From contig CM120640.1 of the NCBI GenBank assembly GCA_051362555.1, positions 10,664,001-10,728,000 on the forward strand: DNA of 64,000 bases. The letters run 5' to 3'. This DNA comes from Lingula anatina. Taxonomy: Eukaryota; Animalia; Brachiopoda. Each line of letters opens with the position of its first letter. The stretch's first letter is position 1. A program made the position numbers and the translations under genes. Shown here one piece after another: positions 37,101 to 50,900 of this stretch. Under the pieces are notes generated by a model that saw nothing but the letters and a program-made list of their open reading frames with translations, searched no databases and had not been told where the DNA came from.

Positions 37101-38932
37101 ATTGGCATGATCGGGCCATTATTTTATAAGTTATGCTGTTTTTTCACATTTCCTCAGATTCAGTTCTTAGGCATGTTAACAGTCTCATTATTTAACTATA
37201 AAGATTCGTAAAAGTGTTTGTTTGACATTTCCTGCATCTTTACAACATTGTTAGTTGATTATGTAAAAATGATGGTAAACTTGGTATCATGTATTGTATA
37301 ATAGAGTTTTAAAAATGGAAATAAACTTATATCATCGCAGTTTGTCAGATTCATTCATTCACTATGTTCGGAAACTCAGAATGGAGGAAATTGGACATTA
37401 AACACTGTTCTATTGATATTTTTCCCATCTCATCAATTTTCTTAGTTGATCATATAAAAATGGCAGAAAATTGTTAATTTTGTTATATGTTAAAAAATTG
37501 TTAACAAGGCAGCAAAGCTGTCAAATGTACAGACAAAAAGCAGGAAATAACAAAATATGCTACTGTCAATTCTGATGCAAAAGTACATTATGTTAAACTG
37601 CAAATTCAACATCAAATTTTAATTATGCTCAACAGGTAATACCAATGTAAGTAAAATGTGAAACAAGCATAAGGCTTCAGGCCCATGGGTTCACCCTTTG
37701 AAAATGTAAAACTTCCAGAAAAAGAAGTCAATTAGACTGCTTTTCCAACTCAGGCTGCATTTTAGTCCTGTATTTCTTTTTTGAAAGTTTGGCAATCATA
37801 AGTAACATGGTTTTCCCATAATGGTCATCATGGCAGCAGCACCCAAAATTGTGTTTTCTTCTATTCTGATGCAATATTACATAATGGTTAACAGCATAAT
37901 GACAATCAATTTTTAATAACAAAATATATGTATCATGGATTTTCAGAAAATGTGACTAGCCTGGGTCTTCAAGCCTGTGGAACTTCAAATCACACCTTGA
38001 AAATGCCAATATGTGAAAAATTAAATTTTCACAAAAAAACTGTTTATCTGGCAGATTGCATTGCCTACTGAAGTTGTATTTTAGTCCCATGTTTCTTTCC
38101 TGTAAGTTTGAGAACAGTAAGTGACATGGTTTTTCTTAAAAGGTAATCATGGGAGCAGTGCCCAAAATAGTTTTTTTTCAAATTTTGATGCAATATTACA
38201 TAATGTTTAACAGCATAATGACCATCAATTTTTAATAATAAAATATCAGTATCATGGATATTCAGAAAATGTGACTAGCAAAGGTCTTCAGGCCCATGGA
38301 ACTTCAAAGTCACAACTTGAAAATGCCAAAATGTAAACAAGACAGCACTGTTCTGAAATGTTTTTTTCCCCATTTTTAACAATTTTTAACATAAAACAAA
38401 ATTAACAGTTTACTGCCATTTTTATATGATCAACTAAGAAAATTGATGAGATGAGAAAAGTATCAATAGAGCAGTGTTAAATGTCCAATTTCTTCCATTC
38501 TGAGATTCTGAACATAGTGGATGATTGAATCTGACAAACTGCAATGATATGAGTTTATTTCCATTTTTGACACTTTATTACACAATACACGATAACATGT
38601 TTACCATCATTTTTACAAAATCAACTAACAATGTTGTAAAGATGCAGGAAATGTCAAACAAACACTTTCACGTATCTTATTAGTTTAATAATGAGACTGT
38701 TAACATGCCTAAAAATTGAATCTGAGGAAATGTGAAAAAACAGCATACCTTCTAAAATAATGGCACGATTATGCCGATTTACGAACTCAACCTGCATTTC
38801 AGTAAAATTGACCACTCCTGTGACTTTCATGACAATTGGCCCATCTGTTTTTATGTACAGACACAGATGTGTCTGTACATATTGCCATCACCTGCGTCTG
38901 TCGTCGCCGTCGCCGTCCCTGTCGCCGTCCCT

Positions 38933-38964
<32 letters not shown>

Positions 38965-41900
38965 GCACTTTCATCGTTAACACAATAAGTGGAAGACAGT
39001 TTAACTTTTTGGCTTTATATTTACAGAGCTGATGAATATTCATAAAACGCAGGTCAAGTTCGAAAATCAGCATGTTTGGACAATTATTGTAGTATTTATG
39101 CTGTGTTTTCACTTTTTAGCATATATGCAACACTGTTAACACATTTCAAGGAAAACTGATAGGCCTGTTGTCATGAAACTCACAGGAGTAATTAATCTTA
39201 CTAAAACGCAGATCAAGTTCGAAAATCGGCATGATCGGGCCACTATTTTAGTAGTTATGCTGTTTTTTTCACTTTTCAGCATATGTGCAACACTGTTAAC
39301 ACATTTCAAGGAAAACCGATAGACCTGTTGTCATGAAACTCACAGGAGTAATTAATCTTACTAAAATGCAGGTCAAGTTCGAAAATCAGCATAATCGGGC
39401 CATTATTTTATAAGTTATGCTGTTTTTAAACATTTCCTCAGATTCAATTCTTAGGCATGTTAACAGTCTCATTATTTAACTAATAAGATTTGTAAAAGTG
39501 TTTGTTTGACATTTCCTGCATCTTTACAACATTGTTAGTTGATTATGTAAAAATGATGGTAAACTTGTTATCATGTATTGTATAATAGAGTTTCAAAAAG
39601 GGAAATAAACTCATATCATTGCAGTTTGTCAGATTCATTCATTCACTATGTTCAGAAACTCAGAATGGAGGAAATTGGACATTAAACACTGTTCTATTGA
39701 TATTTTTCCCATCTCATCAATTTTCTTAGTTGATCATATATAAATGGCAGTAAATTGTTAATTTTGTTATATGTTAAAAAAATGTTAAAAATGGAAAAAA
39801 AAACATTTCAGGACAGTGCTGTCTTGTTTACATTTTGGCATTTTCAAGGTGTGACTTTGAAGTTCCTTTGGCCTGAAGACCTTTGCTAGGAACATTTTCT
39901 GAATATCCATGATACTAATATTTTATTATTAAAAATTGATGGTAATTATCCTGTTAAACATTATGTAATAGGCATCAAAATTTGAAGACACCCCTATTTT
40001 GGACACTGCTCCCATGATGACCATTTAAGGAAAACCATGTCACTTACTGTTCTCAAACTTACAGGAAGAAACATGGGACTTAAATAAAGCTTCAGTGGGC
40101 AATGCAGATTATTTGGTAATTTTTTTATTTTTATTTTTTGGCAGTTAATCAGTTTTTTGTGAAAATTTAATTTTTCACATATTGGCATTTTCAAGGTGTG
40201 ACTTAGAACCTCCACGGGCTTGAAGACCCATGCTAGTCACATTTTCTGGAAATCCACGATACGGATCTTTTATTATTAAAAACTGATGGTCATTATGCTG
40301 TTAAGCATTATGTAATATTGCATTAAAATAGAAGAAAAAACAATTTTGGGTGCTGCTGCCATGATGACCATTATGGGAAAACCATGTTACTTATGATTGT
40401 CAAACTTTCAAAAAAGAAACAAAGGACTAAAATGCAGCCTGAGTTGGAAAAGCAGTCTAATTGGCTTCTTTTTCTGGAAGTTATACATTTTAGTGAAATA
40501 TTCATTTTTATCATGTTGGCATGTTCATTGTTGGACTCGAAGCTCCCATGGACATGAAGCCAAATGGTAATCAAATTTTCTACATGTCCATGCTATTTTT
40601 AGTCAATAATCAAAAATTGGTGATAATTATTCTGTAATTTATTATGTAATGTTACATCAAAATTGACAAAAATCTTTTTGCACTGCTACTACAAACATTA
40701 TGAAAAGAAAACTGTTACTTATTATTATTTTCAACTTACAAGTATGATTTGTAGGATTGGCATGCAGTTCAAATTAGAAAGCCAGCTCAACTGGATTATC
40801 ATTTATTATTGAATTTAAGCAGTTTTATGTGAAATTTTCATTTTTCTCATTCTGGCATTTTCAAAGTGTGAACTTAAACTCCCATGGGCCTGAAGCCTTA
40901 CGCTTGTTACACATTTCACTTACATTGGTATTACCTGTTGAGCATAATTAAAATTTGATGTTGAATTTGAAGTTAAGCATAATGTACTTTTGCATCAGAA
41001 TTGACAGTAGCCTGTATTGTGCATTGTTATTGTCTGCTTTTTGTCTGTACATTTGACAGCTTTGCTGCCTTGTTCTTATATTGTGTTTACAGTGTTGCAT
41101 ATATGCTGAAAAGTGTAAAAAACAGCATAACCAGTAAAATGGTAGCCCGATCATGCCGATTTTCGAACTTGACCTGCGTTTTAGTAAGATTGATTACTCC
41201 TGTGAGTTTCATGACAACAGGTCTATCGGTTTTCCTTGAAATGTGTTAACAGTGTTGCATATATGCTGAAAAGTGAAAAAACAGCATAACTACTAAAATA
41301 GTGGCCCGATCATGCCGATTTTCAAACTTGATCTGCGTTTTAGTAAGACTGATTACTCCTGTGAGTTTCATGACAACAGGCCTATCGGTTTTCCTTGAAA
41401 TGTGTTAACAGTGTTGCATATATGCTAAAAAGTGAAAAAACAGCATAAATTCTACAATAATGGCCCGATCATGCTGACTTTCGAACTTGACCTGCGTTTT
41501 ATGAATATTAGTCAGCTCTGTAAATATAAAGCCAAAAAGTAAAACTGTCTTCCACTTATGGTGTTAACGCTGAAAGTGCACGGCGACGGCGACAGCGACG
41601 GCGACATGATCGGCGACGACAGACGCAGGTGATGGCAATATGTACAGACACATCTGTGTCTGTACATAAAAATGGAAAAAAACATTTCAGGACAGTGCTG
41701 TCTTGTTTACATTTTGGCATTTTCAAGTTATGACTTTGAAGTTCCATGGGCCTGAAGACCTTTGCTAGTCACATTTTCTGAATATCCATGATACTAATAT
41801 TTTATTATTAAAAATTGATGGTCATTATGCTGTTAAACATTATGTAATATTGCATCAAAATTTGAAAAAAAAAAACTATTTTGGGCACTGCTCCCATGAT

Positions 41901-44900
41901 GACCATTTAAGAAAAACCATGTCACTTCAGAATCTCAGAATGGAAGAAATTGGACAATTAACACTGCTCTATTGATATTTTCCCCATCTCATCAATTTTC
42001 TTAGTTGATCATATAAAAATGGCAGTAAACTGTTAATTTTGTTTTATGTTAAAAATTGTTAAAAATGGAAAAAAGAAAAATACATTTCAGAACAGTGCTG
42101 TCTTGTTTACATTTTGGCATTTTCATGTTGTGACTTTGAAGTTCCATGGGCCTGAAGACCTATGCTAGTCACATTTTCTGAATATCCATGATACTTATAT
42201 TTTATTATTAAAAATTGATGGTCATTATGCTGTTAAACATTATGTAACATTGCATCAAAATTTGAAAAAACCTATTTTGGGCACTGCTTCCATGATGACC
42301 ATTTAAGAAAAACCATTTCACTTACTGTTCTCAAACAGTGCAGTAAATATCTATAAATGTGTCTGTACATATTGCCATCACCTGCGTCTGTCATCGCCAT
42401 CATCGCCATCGCCGTCACCGTGCACTTTCATTGTAAACACGATAAGTGGAAGGCAGTTTTACTTTTTGGCTTTATATTTACAGAGCTGATGAGTATTCAT
42501 AAAACGCAGGTCAAGTTTGAAAATCAGCATGATCGGGCCATTATTGTAGAAGTTATGCTGTTTTTTCACTATTCAGCATATATGCAACACTGTAAACACA
42601 TTTTAAGGAAAACCGTTAGGCCTGTTGTCATGAAACTCACAGGAGTGGTCAATCTTACTAAAACGCAGGTTGAGTTCGGAAATAGGCATAATCGGGGCAT
42701 TATTTTAGAAGTTGTGCTGTTTTTTCACATTTCCTCAGATTCAACTCTTAGGCATGTTAACAGTCTCATTATTTAACTAATAAGATACGTAAAAGTGTTT
42801 GTTTGACATTTCCTGCATCTTTACAACATTGTTAGTTGATTTTGTAAAAATGATGGTAAACTCGTGTATTGTGTAATAAAGTGTCAAAAATGGAAATAAA
42901 CTCATATCATTGCAGTTTGTCAGATTAATTCATTCACTATGTTCAGAAACTCAGAATGGAGGAAATTGGACATAAAATACTGTTCTATTGATATTTTTCC
43001 CATCTCATCAATTTTCTTAGTTGATCATATAAAAATGGCAGTAAACTGTTAATTTTGTTATATGTTAAACAATTGTTAAAAATGAAAAAAAAAAAACACA
43101 TTTCAGGACAGTGCTGTCTTGTTTACATTTTGGCATTTTCAAGGTGTGACTTTGAAGTTCCACAGGCTTGAAGACCCATGCTAGTCACATTTTCTGAAAA
43201 TCCATGATACATATATTTTATTATTAAAAATTGATTGCCATTATGTAATATTGCATCAGAATAGAAGAAAACACAATTTAGGGTGCTGCTGCCATGATGA
43301 CCATTATGGGAAAACCATGTTACTTATGATTGTCAAACTTTCAAAAAAGAAATACAGGACTAAAATGCAGCCTGAGTTGGAAAAGCAGTCTAATTGACTT
43401 CTTTTTCTGAAAGTTATACATTTTCAAAGTGTGAACTTGAACTCACATGGGCCTGAAGCCTTATGCTTGTTACACATTTTACTTACATTGGTATTACCTG
43501 TTGAGCATAATTAAAATTTGATGTTGAATTTGCAGCTTAACATAATGTACTTTTGCATCAGAATTGACAGTAGCCTTTTTTGTTATTTCCTGCTTTTTGT
43601 CTGTACATTTGACAGCTTTGCTGCCTTGTTTTGTTCAGTTTTTGAAAAAAAAAATAATGGGAAACAACAGCAAGTGTTTGTTGGGCTTGGCTGCTATATA
43701 TGAAGTATTCAAATGAAAAGGCCAAGGGGCCTGATTATTGAGCTAAAAATGAAATGTGTAGCATTTTGATATGGGACTCCAAATCCTACAGGTAGTAAGA
43801 TGATTCTTAGATGATTACTTGTTATAAAAATTATCAATTTTCACTAAAATTTCACCATTCGGCTTTCGAAATTATGTATAACAAATATATGTCACAATGC
43901 AAACTATGTGAAAAATAATGGTATGGTAACTAAGTATGAAGTAGGGTCTTTTTTTCATGTGTCCAAATCCCATGGGTATGAAAATGAAGATTTTTCGTGA
44001 TGTTTTTTTTTTTTCATTTTCTTCACCCAATATTTTACCATCAGACTTTCAGATATTTCCAATATATTCTTCATACACCCCATTTCCATAGATTTTTAGA
44101 TCGATCTATCCCTGTGGGGAGTCTCACTAGATTACTGTCAGCTTGGCCGGCTTAAGCGTCTGTCCCACCTACTAAAAGCTGTAAGTTGGTAATTGTACCA
44201 CCAGCGTTTAAAAAAAAACGAAATTTTTTTCGAAAAAAAATTATTTGCGCTGTTATTCAGACACTACACAGACTTAACCAATAATATTATTGGAAAGTGT
44301 ACCCTTCGGGTCATCTTTCATATCCGTGAATTTGGGGTCAATCGGTGCATTTTCACGGGAATAGCATCCATAAGATACCGAAACTGAAAACTGTCTCTAA
44401 TTCGGGAACCGTTAATGCTAGAGACCCATTCTTTTTTGCAGCTTGTAGAGCATGTAAAGCCCAACACTGGGGGTGGTCTCTGTTTTTTTGTATTCCCTAC
44501 GGTTTTCGAGTTACGCTGTATCAAAAAGTACATATTGTTGGTGAAAGCAAAATGTGCAGTACGGTAATGGATAATAAATTTTGAACCCCGGGAAAATAAA
44601 ACATAAGGCTTGGCGAGGCAGACAACTTCTGGTCAAAAATGACATTATTTCACAAAATTTGAACATCTGGAACTTCTGAGCACCTCCCATTTCAAGAATT
44701 TCAACCAAAATGACCTTTTCTTTATTTTAATTAATTTTTTCTGTAGGAAATTTATGGCACATTATTGTAACTCCAAAATTATAACATTTAGTCCCTTATA
44801 TCTCCAAAACTGGCAGAGATAGGTCCATAGTTACTATTGAACTTGAATAGGAAGTCATATACTGGCAATCTTAATGTGACCTTGAAATTGACCTTTGACC

Positions 44901-47900
44901 TACTTTTCATCATGAATTGAACTTTGCAAATTTTGGTTCCCTTTTATCTCCAAAACTGGCAGAGATAGTTCCATAGTTACTATTGAACTTGAATAGGAAG
45001 TCATATGCTGGTAATCTTACTCTGACCTTGAAATTGACCTTTGACCTACTTTACACCATAAACTAAACTTTGCACCTTTTTTAATGCTTACACTTTCAAA
45101 ACTGGCAAAGATACACCCATAGTTACTATGGAATTTGAATAGAAAGTCATTAGAGGCAATTTACTGTGACCTTAAAATTGACCTTTGACCTACTTTTTAC
45201 CATGAACTTAACTTTGCAAATTTTATTTCCCTTTTATCTCCAAAACTGGCAAAGATACGCCCATAGTTACTATGGAATTTGAATAGAAAGTCATTAGAGG
45301 CAATTTACTGTGACCTTAAAATTGACCTTTGACCTACTTATCACCATGAACTGATCTTTGCTAATTTCTTTCCCTTTTAACTCCAAACCTGGCAGAGATA
45401 GGTCCATAGTTACTATTGAAGTTGAATAGGAAGTCATATAATTGTAATCTTACTCTGACCTTGAAATTGACCTTTGACCTACTTTACACCATAAACTAAA
45501 CTTTGCAACTTTTTAATGCTTTTATTTTCAAAACTGGCAGAGATACGCCCATAGTTACTATTGAATTTGAATAGAAAGTCATTAGAGGTAATTTACTGTG
45601 ACCTTAAAATTGACCTTTGACCTACTTTTTACCATGAACTTAACTTTGCAAATTTTGGTTCTCTTTTATCTCCAAAACTGGCAAAGATACGCCCATAGTT
45701 ACTATTGCAAATTATGGTTACCTTTTATCTCCAAGACTGGCAATGATACGTCCAAAGTTATAATTGAATTTAAATATGAAGTCATTAGAGGCAATTTACT
45801 GTGACCTTAAAATTGACCTTTGACCTACTTTTTACCATGAACTTAACTTTGCAAATTTTGGTTCTCTTTTATCTCCAAAACTGGCAAAGATAGGCCCATA
45901 GTTACTATTGAATTTGAATAGAAAGTCATTAGAGGCAATTTACTGTGTCCTTAAAATTGATCTTTGACCTACTTTTAACCATGAACTGAACTTTGCAAAT
46001 TTTGTTCCCTTTTGTCTCCAAAACTAGCAGAGATAGGTCTATAATTACTATTGAACTTGAATATGAAGTCATTAGAGGCAATTTACTGTGACCTTAAAAT
46101 TGACCTTTGACCTACTTTTCACCATGAACTGAACTTTGCAAATTTTAGTTCCCTTTTATCTCTAAAACTGGCTAAGATACGCCCATAGTTACTATTGAAT
46201 TTGAATAGGAAGTCATATACTGGCAATCTAAATGTGACCTTGAAATTGACCTTTGACCTACTTTTCATCATGAATTGAACTTTGCAATTTTTTGTTCCCT
46301 TTTATCTCCAAAACTGGCAGAGATAGGTCCATAGTTACTATTGAACTTGAATATGAAGTCATTAGAGGCAATTTACTGTGACCTTAAAATTGACCTTTGA
46401 CCTACTTTACACCATAAACTAAACTTTGCAACTTTTTAATGCTTTTATTTTCAAAACTGGCAGAGATACGCCCATAGTTACTATTGAATTTGAATAGAAA
46501 GTCATTAGAGGTAATTTACTGTGACCTTAAAATTGACCTTTGACCTACTTTTTACCATGAACTTAACTTTGCAAATTTTGGTTCTCTTTTATCTCCAAAA
46601 CTGGCAAAGATAAGCCCATAGTTACTATTGCAAATTATGGTTACCTTTTATCTCCAAGACTGGCAATGATACGTCCAAAGTTATTATTGAATTTAAATAT
46701 GAAGTCATTAGAGGCAATTTACTGTGACCTTAAAATTGACCTTTGACCTACTTTTTACCATGAACTTTGCAAATTTTAGTTCCCTTTTATCTCCAAAACT
46801 GGCAAAGATAGGCCCATAGTTACTATTGAATTTGAATAGAAAGTCATTAGAGGCAATTTACTGTGTCCTTAAAATTGATCTTTGACCTACTTTTAACCAT
46901 GAACTGAACTTTGCAAATTTTGTTCCCTTTTGTCTCCAAAACTAGCAGAGATAGGTCCGTAATTACTATTGAACTTGAATATGAAGTCATTAGAGGCAAT
47001 TTACTGTGACCTTAAAATTGACCTTTGACCTACTTTTCACCATGAACTGAACTTTGCAAATTTTAGTTCCCTTTTATCTCCAAAACTGGCAAAGATACGC
47101 CCATAGTTACTATTGAATTTGAATAGGAAGTCATATACTGGCAATCTAAATGTGACCTTGAAATTGACCTTTGACCTACTTTTCATCATGAATTGAACTT
47201 TGCAATTTTTTGTTCCCTTTTATCTCCAAAACTGGCAGAGATAGGTCCATAGTTACTATTGAACTTGAATATGAAGTCATTAGAGGCAATTTACTGTGAC
47301 CTTAAAATTGACCTTTGACCTACTTTACACCATAAACTAAACTTTGCAACTTTTTAATGCTTTTATTTTCAAAACTGGCAGAGATACGCCCATAGTTACT
47401 ATTGAATTTGAATAGAAAGTCATTAGAGGTAATTTACTGTGACCTTAAAATTGACCTTTGACCTACTTTTTACCATGAACTTAACTTTGCAAATTTTGGT
47501 TCTCTTTTATCTCCAAAACTGGCAAAGATAAGCCCATAGTTACTATTGCAAATTATGGTTACCTTTTATCTCCAAGACTGGCAATGATACGTCCAAAGTT
47601 ATTATTGAATTTAAATATGAAGTCATTAGAGGCAATTTACTGTGACCTTAAAATTGACCTTTGACCTACTTTTTACCATGAACTTTGCAAATTTTAGTTC
47701 CCTTTTATCTCCAAAACTGGCAAAGATAGGCCCATAGTTACTATTGAATTTGAATAGAAAGTCATTAGAGGCAATTTACTGTGTCCTTAAAATTGATCTT
47801 TGACCTACTTTTAACCATGAACTGAACTTTGCAAATTTTGTTCCCTTTTGTCTCCAAAACTAGCAGAGATAGGTCCGTAATTACTATTGAACTTGAATAT

Positions 47901-50900
47901 GAAGTCATTAGAGGCAATTTACTGTGACCTTAAAATTGACCTTTGACCTACTTTTCACCATGAACTGAACTTTGCAAATTTTAGTTCCCTTTTATCTCCA
48001 AAACTGGCAAAGATACGCCCATAGTTACTATTGAATTTGAATAGGAAGTCATATACTGGCAATCTAAATGTGACCTTGAAATTGACCTTTGACCTACTTT
48101 TCATCATGAATTGAACTTTGCAATTTTTTGTTCCCTTTTATCTCCAAAACTGGCAGAGATAGGTCCATTGTTACTATTGAACTTGAATATGAAGTCATTA
48201 GAGGCAATTTACTGTGACCTTAAAATTGACCTTTGACCTACTTTTCACCATGAACTGAACTTTGCAAATTTTAGTTACCTTTTATCTCCAAAACTGGCAA
48301 AGATACACCCATAGTTACTATTGAATTTGAATAGGAAGTCATATACTGGCAATGTAAGTGTGACCTTGAAATTGACCTTTGACCTACTTTTCATCTTGAA
48401 TTGAATTTTTTTGCATATTTTGAGAATTCTTGTTGATTGTATTTTTTACAGCTTGTCAAGCACAAGCCTGGTGGTGGTGTCCCTTCTTTTTGTGGGGGGG
48501 GGGAGGTCTATATGAATGCGCTTACTCCAGCTGGTGGTACAATATTCGGAGGCGGCATCTCCTCTCTGATCCTCTAGTTAACTATGGTGCCTGCTCAGCT
48601 GACTGCAATTAAGCGTGAACCCCCAGGGAGTTAGGTCGATCTAAATCTTAATTTTTAGATCAATCTAAATCTCTGGTAAAGCACCCATAAAGTATATTAA
48701 AAGGAAAGATGTTGAAATGATCACCAAAATGCAAATAAGTAGCTTTTTCATAGGGGAGGCATTGGGTGGTAAAATACACCTTTTTAAATTTTTTTATTTT
48801 CACATGAAAATTTTCACCTGCACCATTATGCATACTACAAGATTAAATTCATACACTCAAATAAAATAAGATTTTATGAAGTTTTGTGGGGGAAGTCTAA
48901 ATTTCATCATGAAATTTTGACTGGGAAGTCAGATTTTCATAATGAAAATCTTACTGGGGAGTAACCTTTTAGGGGAGTAGAATTTTCATGGTACAACGGT
49001 ACATTTTGAAAGAAATGCTAATGTCAGATACTTTCATTCAGAGTTTTATCATCTCTAGGTTTGAAAGGGAAAGATGAGCAGCTTTGCATGATATGTATAT
49101 CAGAAAATACTACTTTAGGGCATGTTCAAATGAAGATAGTATACCTTTAATTTCTTTTGTGCTGCATATTGCAGTTATGATTGAGTATAGTGAAATGTAG
49201 ATTTTAGACTGTGTTTCAATGGAATGATGATAACTGTTGTTGAAAATTTTTTGTATTACTACAGCCATATGATCCAATGGATGAAGAATCAATATACCGC
49301 TGCATGAAGTACTCTAATATGGTAGTAAATCTAATTGGACAAGAAGTGCCAGATAGGTAAGGATATATTTCCTTTTACAATACCAAGCCCCTCCAGCCCC
49401 CCCCCCCCCCCAATCCTTAAACCCAAAAATAATTTTAAAAAGTTATGATAATAACTAGATTGTCATTAAAAATATCTAGATTGTCATTTACAACTCAAAC
49501 ATCATCAAACTTTCTCCAAAATTGGAAAAATAAAACACTGAAAACTTACTTAGATATCACCACTCACAAGACAACAAAATGCCAATTTTTCTGAGATACA
49601 CATATATGTGATTCTGGGCCTTATAAGCAAATGAGAATATTGAACGTCGTATGTAGTCACAGTTAACAGTAGATCTTTCTAGCCTCAATGTGTATAATGT
49701 TGACATATTCTAGGAATTATAACCTGCATGATGCGCATGTTGTGACACCTCGGTTGATTGCCAGTGCTGCTCGCCAGGCAGGTATCAAGACCATGGTTCA
49801 CTTCTCTGCAATGGGAGCCACACTTGATCCACCCACACCATGGACAAAGGAGGAAGCAGAGGAGTATGCAAAGAAAAATATCATACTTGGGAAGTCTGAT
49901 TTCTTGATTACAAAGGTAAGAATTAGGTAATGGTTTTTTCATACAATTCCCTTAATTATTATGTTTGTTTGCACTCATGTTTATTATACCAACAGCTGTA
50001 TGTAATAAGTTGTGTCTGTACATATTCCCATCAGTTCAGTTTGTTTACATCATTGCAGTCGGGTCCAGAGAGGGATCCATGCACACTTGTTGTTGCTGCA
50101 ACTGTAAAGCAATGGTGCCATTGTGCTTTAAACTATTTATTAAGATAAAATTTTGGTCCTGAATTTCTAGTCTCATTTCAAACTGAGCATGATCCAATGA
50201 TTAGCACCACTAGTGTGTAAGCTGGTGGTACTCTTGGTTTTAGTCTTGACCTGTTTCGTACAGCTCCGCAGGATGGCATGGGATACAAGTTACTGTTACC
50301 GCTTCTCCTAGACCGCAAGGACCTGTGTCCCCATCTCTTGGATTTAGGTCACATATAATCTCAATTTGAACACCCTGGTTTTTTGTCTCAGTCGGTGCAT
50401 TGGCCTGGGCGTGACGCTCGTTGAAACCCACCCTTGTTAAATTTTTGAAAATTCAATGCTAAATACAGACATGCTGAAAACTGAGGGCAATGCAGGCCAA
50501 TTGGCCTGCTTAGATCTGAATATTGCAGGCCTGGACAAGATATTGCCCGAATGTTTTTTGTATTAATTTGTATATTTACCCTATTTCACGTAAAAATTGT
50601 GCACTTTTAACTTCTGCTTTATACACTTAAAAAGGGCAGTTGAGTAGCAATTAGGCGATTAAAAATCAAATAACTGAATGTTTGAATAGATCTTTTATTG
50701 AAGAGACATTTTACTGCTCAGATAACATCTGGGTAATATGACCTAAAGGTAAACTAAAGGCCAAAAAGGCATCAAAACTCACAGAAAACAAATTTCCCAT
50801 AGGTAAACTGCAGTTTTCCTGGACTAACCTTAAACCAGGCCTTAATTGAGCTAAATCATCCGCCTAAACTACCCAAGAGCACTTTTCCAATTTTTGAGTT

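Noticed and set aside
44795-48410. CRISPR-like regularly spaced repeats
   Set aside because: Eukaryotic intron, whole monomers repeat with no unique spacers, and no cas genes. It is a satellite array.
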